Origin: an uncultured bacterium
GTDB lineage: Bacteria; Chlamydiota; Chlamydiia; Chlamydiales; SM23-39
Direction: 5' to 3'
NCBI GenBank assembly: GCA_963716985.1
Contig: OY970323.1
Location: 1,024,001-1,088,000, forward strand
DNA: 64,000 nucleotides
In this document: positions 59,309-64,000 of the stretch, in pieces
How the letters are laid out: every line of letters begins with the position of its first letter
Position numbering within the stretch: the first letter of the stretch is position 1
Program-made: the position numbers and the translations under genes
The notes under the pieces: model-generated
Told to the model about the DNA's origin: nothing
The model's input: only the letters and a program-made list of their open reading frames with translations
Database searches by the model: none

Positions 59309-60371
59309 AGAGGCGAAAAAATCCCTCCATCTCCTCTAACCATCCCTCTTGTTGGAGTTTTTTTATTTTTTCCCAAAGTTCATGAGGAATCTTTCCCTGC
59401 TTTTTTTGAAAAATCTCCATTTGCACTCCCTGAATGAGCCGCAGTTCGATGACGAAAAGTTCCGCAAGTTTTTGGGGTTGCGGCAATGTTTCTTCAAAAG
59501 CAGTGGGGATCTGATGCAATTGCAGCTGCCGGTAATATAGGTCCATGTTCGCCCTATTTTGAAATCTTCTGCCCTCTTCGTAACTAAAAGCAGAAGGGCC
59601 GAGGCCCAAAAAGGGGCGCCCGATCCAGTAGCCTACGTTATGTCTTGAATAAAGACCTTTTTTTGCAAAGGCGGAAATCTCATAGCGCTCGAATGAGAAG
59701 GAGGAAAAAGAGGAAATGGCCATTTCCCATAACTGCAAACTCAACGCCCCATCCGGGAGCAGCGGCAAAAGCATACTCCTTTTTTTATGGAAAAAGGTGT
59801 TTTCTTCAAAGGTTAGATTATAAAGGGAGAGATGGGTGATGGGCAGATCTTTGACAAGGGAAAGAGTTTTTTCCCAGCTCTCCATTGTCTGGCGCGGCAG
59901 GTCGAACATAAGATCGATAGAGAGATTATCGAATCCTGCGCTATTTGCCCATTCGATCGCTTGCAATCCCTTTTTTGCAGAGTGGGAGCGATTTAATAGG
60001 CGCAGTAAAGAAGGATCGAAGGATTGAATCCCGAGGCTGAGGCGATTGATGCCCATTTCTCTAAAAGAGCGCAAAGCATTTTTGGAAAGGCTTTCGGGGT
60101 TAGCTTCCAGGGTGATCTCACAAGAAGCGTCGTGGTCGATCCATCCCAGTATTGGCCCTAGATCTTTTTCTAGAAGAGAAGGAGTTCCTCCGCCAAAATA
60201 AATGGAGGTAATCTCTTTTCCCGCCTGATGCTTGCGAAGATCCCATTCGATTTTTAAGTGTTTCAGAAATTCGTTTTTCAGCTCTTCTTTGAAGGGAATA
60301 GAATAAAAATGACAATAGGGACACTTTCTCTGGCAAAAGGGAATATGAAAATAGATGCTTTTACCAGTTAT
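59259..60371 (-). CDS. hemW: Radical-SAM heme chaperone HemW/HemN-like (start uncertain)
   Basis: IYFHIPFC..KC.YC.F, YFGGGTPS, EITLEANP, NRLSLG.QSF, YEIS.FA, HN..YW. Confidence 0.9.
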   Translation of the reverse strand: MTGKSIYFHIPFCQRKCPYCHFYSIPFKEELKNEFLKHLKIEWDLRKHQAGKEITSIYFGGGTPSLLEKDLGPILGWIDHDASCEITLEANPESLSKNALRSFREMGINRLSLGIQSFDPSLLRLLNRSHSAKKGLQAIEWANSAGFDNLSIDLMFDLPRQTMESWEKTLSLVKDLPITHLSLYNLTFEENTFFHKKRSMLLPLLPDGALSLQLWEMAISSFSSFSFERYEISAFAKKGLYSRHNVGYWIGRPFLGLGPSAFSYEEGRRFQNRANMDLYYRQLQLHQIPTAFEETLPQPQKLAELFVIELRLIQGVQMEIFQKKQGKIPHELWEKIKKLQQEGWLEEMEGFFRLSKKGLLFYDSVAEELL

Positions 60372-60828
60372 CTGAGTCGGGATCTTCCCAAACGCCTCTT
60401 TTCCAGCGATTTGTGTCGGAGAAAGGATCTTCTGCTTCTTCACTTTCCTCTTCTGCAGCTTCTTCTTGAACGGGAGCTTCTTCCGCGACGGGGGCGGCCT
60501 CTTCTTCGGTGACGGCGCCCTCATCAAAATTTTCTGTTTCTAGGTCCAGCCCCACGTCGGTATCGATTCCCATTTCCATGTCGGGCAGGGTTTGCGGTTC
60601 TGCGTAAGCTTGTTTGGCAGATCCTCTTTTCGGGGCAGTGAACTCTTCGCCCTCGCCGCTTTCCTTCATGAAGCGAAGCCGCTCTTTTTCTTCTTCGATC
60701 TTGATTTTGATGAGTCGGATTTCTTCATTGTGTTTGAGAAGGTCTTTTTTGGGGACCAATCCCAATCGCTTCCACTGTTCGAGGTCTTCAAATTCTGTTT
60801 CTAATTTTTTCAAGCGCTCACTTTTCAT
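60361..60828 (-). CDS. Conserved chlamydial protein (CT053-like), acidic C-terminus
   Basis: MKSERLKKLE.E..DL.QW..LGLVPKK; DPFSD.NRW.RG...DP..DNW; adjacent to hemW. Confidence 0.82.
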   Translation of the reverse strand: MKSERLKKLETEFEDLEQWKRLGLVPKKDLLKHNEEIRLIKIKIEEEKERLRFMKESGEGEEFTAPKRGSAKQAYAEPQTLPDMEMGIDTDVGLDLETENFDEGAVTEEEAAPVAEEAPVQEEAAEEESEEAEDPFSDTNRWKRGVWEDPDSDNW

Positions 60829-60973
60829 TAAAAAAACCTTACCTTTTATGTGGAGAACAATAGCTAAACAGTGGCATTTTCCTGAAGTTTTTTTTGAAGA
60901 AGACAAAAAATCCCCTTCTTTTTTGTCTATCTACAAAAGTAAGAATTTTTTAAACAGTTTTTTTTTAGAAAGA

Positions 60974-61237
60974 TCAAAAAGTCACCTTGACAGTGCCTTT
61001 TTTGATCTTGCATTTACAGGCAAGCCTTTCATCGCCCATTTCACCTAAAAAGTCTTTTTCTTCCATGGTATATTCGGAAAGATTTTCCATCCCCGAAGTG
61101 ATTTGGATGACGCAAGCTCCGCAAATACCCTCTCCGCAAGGGATGGGCACACCTGCTTTCTCGCAGACATCTTTGATTGGAGAGCCGTCAGGCAGGTCAT
61201 ACTCTTCGTTTAAATTTTCAAAAATGATCTTGGCCAT
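60974..61237 (-). CDS. 2Fe-2S ferredoxin
   Basis: C.EG.CG.C ... RLAC.C. Confidence 0.92.
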   Translation of the reverse strand: MAKIIFENLNEEYDLPDGSPIKDVCEKAGVPIPCGEGICGACVIQITSGMENLSEYTMEEKDFLGEMGDERLACKCKIKKGTVKVTF

Positions 61238-61288
61238 AAAAAATCCACTTTAAGTTTTTTTTCTATTATTCAAGGATTTCGATAAAAT

Positions 61289-61462
61289 TCAAGAAGGATT
61301 GTTGGTCTTTTTCTTAAGAATTTCCAGAACGCTTGCTTTGAGGGATTGAATTCCCTCCGGAAGGCCGCATTCTTTGAGCAACTGATTGACCGTCGAATGT
61401 TCGGTTTCTAAAAAATCGATCTTGCTCTCTAAGGAAGCGATGGCTTGTAATAATTTTTTCAT
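61289..61462 (-). CDS. Small coiled-coil hypothetical protein
   Basis: IA.LES..D.LETE....N.LL..CG.PEGI..LK. Confidence 0.65.
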   Translation of the reverse strand: MKKLLQAIASLESKIDFLETEHSTVNQLLKECGLPEGIQSLKASVLEILKKKTNNPS

Positions 61463-61599
61463 AAGATCCGTTTGAATGCCTATTTCAATTATAGCTCGGC
61501 TCCCTTCCTCGAGCAAGCATTAAAAGAATGATTTGTCAATGGAAAGAATCAAAAAAAAGTTCTCCCTATCGAATGATTTCACAGGCTCCGGACGGGGAG

Positions 61600-64000
61600 C
61601 TATTGTGTTGCTTTAGGGAAAATCCCTAAAAAATAGGGAAGGTAGAAATTTATGCATTGCGAGGTCCAAAAAAGGGCAGAACATAGCGGTGGGGCTGTCC
61701 GTTGGTTTTTGCGCGTTTGCAATAGGCCGCTGAGTGTGTGGGACAAAGAGAGGGCGGCTGCTTTCCAGTAGAATCTTCCGGCATTGGCACTCAATTGCCA
61801 AAAAGCAATAAAGTTGAGAAGAGATAAAAGGGCCGTTGTAGTGATTGCTCGGTTCCGTCCGGAGAGTCTTTGATTGAGCAGGTTCGAGAGCCCTAAGGAA
61901 GATAGCGAGCTAAAAATAATGGTGGGAAGGTTTCCGAAAAGGGCGGAGGAGAACATTTCGTGCAGGGCAGGGTCGGGCAACCAGCGGCCAAGATTCTTGG
62001 CGGCAGATCCGAGCGCGGTGAGAGGAGTGGCGAGATTTGTGAATGTACACAGAATTGCGGACGCCCCCAGAAGAACGGTGATGATTTTTCCGGTTTTTGA
62101 CACTTTTGAGTTGCGGATGATTGTGTACAATAGGCTGCCTGCAGCTATTTTTGCCAGATTGGTTTTTGTCATGAAGTTCCATGCAATCGTAGCAGGTATT
62201 TCGAGGCTTACCGGCGAGCAGTTGAAAAGAAGGCCCCAAATAGCCGCTGTGATTAAGTAGCTCGCCTTTTCCGAAAGTATAGGGACTCTCCATCCGGACC
62301 TATGAAGAGACGCAGATCCATGCTTGATGATATGTTTGCCCATCAGCATGAAGTAGGCCATTGCGGCCTTTCCGGCCCAACCGGAGGGAATCATTAAACT
62401 TGCAAGTTTTTTCAGCCCGAAGGTTGTTCCCGCTTGTGCGAGAGTTGTCATTCTGCTGACAATGCGCGGAGATAAAAAGTTGAGCGCAAGAAAAAGAAGC
62501 GCGGATACTACCATTCGTTCCTCAGGCGTTCGATTGGCAAAACGGGCGAGAAGTTTTTGTTGCAAGAAAGGAGTGCAAAGATTCGTGGCTATCATCGTTA
62601 CAATCTGGAGAAAAGAGGAGGGCAATAGCATGTTGGCCGCGAATGGAATCAAGGTTCCGGCTGCTTGAGGAATCAGGTGGCCGATTGCATAGGGGACAAG
62701 AGCGCCGATCAAAGGGAGCGCGAGCCATTTAATTTTATCCTGTAAGAGTGTATTTACAATGGATTCTCCGAGCAGGCTTTTGAGAACGTTAACTGTTTGC
62801 GGCTCGCGGGAATTTCGGGCGAGAACCCCTCCTAAAATGCCCCCGAGAACAGCTGCGCTCCAAACGACCGGAGCCATTCCGGAACAATAGGCGGCTGCCA
62901 GAGAGGCGAGAGCGACTTTTATGAAAGTTGGATGATCCTCGATCCAGGGGATCGTTTGTAATACGGGATCGAGCTTATTTAAATGCTTGGGAGCGAAAGC
63001 TGCGATGGCAAGCGATAGGGCGACCGTTGTCGGGGCGAAGATCCAGGTAAGCCCTGCGGTGGCAAGGCCCGCAGCGGCAATTATCGCTGTTTTTCTTATG
63101 TTGGGCCTGATCCTGTGGAGGAGTGAAGGGTGCTGCGTCGTTGATGAGGAGAGAAGAGATTGGTTGATCCCTTCTATATTTCTATAGGCCAAATAGCCGG
63201 CGCCAACGGCAGCCACAGCCGTAATGGGGGAGAAGAGGAGGGATGCACCTGCGGTAAGCGATACAGCGGCAATATTTTGGATGGTTAGGTATTTTTTCCA
63301 GCGTCCCCAGCCGCTTTCTTCTTGCGGCAGGATTTCCGTTTTCCAACGCGCATGAAGTTGATTCTTTAAAAGGTCATTTGCGAGCAATTCCTCGCAAAGG
63401 GGTTTGTCTCTCGGATGGCCTTCTAAATGCCTTTGCACAAGCGCATGGACCTCGCCCTCCTCGAAAGCCTCCATTAACGTGTCTTCGGTTTCGGGGTTTG
63501 CAAGAAATTGCGTTAAAGCAGCCACTTTGGGCCCTAGAAGAGGTTGTTTTGCAGGATCCTTGCGGATCTGCTCTTCTAAGTTGGCTTTTTTTGCTTGAAG
63601 AGGCTCGAGAAAGGGGGTTAGCTGTTTTTGCGCTGCAGCTTGCTGATAATTTTGGGCGAACACGAGAAAATCCTGTCGAAGACGTGCTTTGAAAGACTCA
63701 AAATCTCTCAGAGAAGATTGGGCCAGTGGCTTTTTAAGGCACCAATCTCTGACGAGGAGAAGAGAGATGTTTTGCGTGTCTAACTGTCCTGAAATTCCAA
63801 GAGAGGGAAGGGAAAGAACACTGGGTTTTTGAGCAGGTCCGCTTGTGATTGCAGGCGCTTCTTGAAATGAGCCGAGTAGTTCCGGGATGAGATCTTTTAA
63901 TGTTTGGTATTGCAAGCCTCCATATTTTCTGGGGATTATGCATTTGCTGGGGTGTGAAGGATCATGTCGCAAAAGCGTTTCATCGGAAACATCCCATCTT
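61600..64000 (-). CDS. Large polytopic membrane protein (5'-partial at window edge)
   Basis: Frame open to the window end; helical/coiled-coil N-part followed by many paired hydrophobic segments. Confidence 0.75.
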   Translation of the reverse strand, partial: RWDVSDETLLRHDPSHPSKCIIPRKYGGLQYQTLKDLIPELLGSFQEAPAITSGPAQKPSVLSLPSLGISGQLDTQNISLLLVRDWCLKKPLAQSSLRDFESFKARLRQDFLVFAQNYQQAAAQKQLTPFLEPLQAKKANLEEQIRKDPAKQPLLGPKVAALTQFLANPETEDTLMEAFEEGEVHALVQRHLEGHPRDKPLCEELLANDLLKNQLHARWKTEILPQEESGWGRWKKYLTIQNIAAVSLTAGASLLFSPITAVAAVGAGYLAYRNIEGINQSLLSSSTTQHPSLLHRIRPNIRKTAIIAAAGLATAGLTWIFAPTTVALSLAIAAFAPKHLNKLDPVLQTIPWIEDHPTFIKVALASLAAAYCSGMAPVVWSAAVLGGILGGVLARNSREPQTVNVLKSLLGESIVNTLLQDKIKWLALPLIGALVPYAIGHLIPQAAGTLIPFAANMLLPSSFLQIVTMIATNLCTPFLQQKLLARFANRTPEERMVVSALLFLALNFLSPRIVSRMTTLAQAGTTFGLKKLASLMIPSGWAGKAAMAYFMLMGKHIIKHGSASLHRSGWRVPILSEKASYLITAAIWGLLFNCSPVSLEIPATIAWNFMTKTNLAKIAAGSLLYTIIRNSKVSKTGKIITVLLGASAILCTFTNLATPLTALGSAAKNLGRWLPDPALHEMFSSALFGNLPTIIFSSLSSLGLSNLLNQRLSGRNRAITTTALLSLLNFIAFWQLSANAGRFYWKAAALSLSHTLSGLLQTRKNQRTAPPLCSALFWTSQCINFYLPYFLGIFPKATQ

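Noticed and set aside
60372..60527. Lys/Pro-rich N-terminal extension of HemW
   Set aside because: It is the alternate frame of the acidic upstream gene

Overview
64-kb window from an environmental Chlamydiae-type genome, inferred from a chlamydial/plant-type FabI, a holA-rsmI-hemW-CT053-like-ferredoxin block and an lcrH-copB-copD-like type III translocon operon. Housekeeping genes (ArsP-type permease, Hsp20, UDG, SlyD, MlaDEF, TamAB, SulP, FabI, HolA, HemW) alternate with plastic regions. (1) 14.9-20.8 kb: two paralogous eukaryote-like Ser/Thr kinases, one fused to an OTU deubiquitinase, separated by a truncated IS50/Tn5-like element; next to them is a gene whose C-terminal membrane anchor is out of frame at a poly-C tract. 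(2) 23.7-28.4 kb: an accretion island inside the former tail-to-tail overlap of a conserved gene and mlaD, with four copies of the 44-bp overlap and an orphan IscB-type omega/HEARO RNA remnant. (3) 31.5-38.8 kb: orphan antitoxin, group II intron 3' remnant, translocon, IS982 and a Cfr-like rRNA methyltransferase. (4) 47.8-55.7 kb: a tandem array of 6-7 paralogues with near-identical N-termini and swapped C-termini, plus IS debris and a MITE. A recurring TM-Pro-rich-TM-CysCys anchor module links regions 1 and 4 and may mark an undescribed modular effector system. No rRNA, intact tRNA or CRISPR array was seen. All family assignments come from motif recognition, not database searches.
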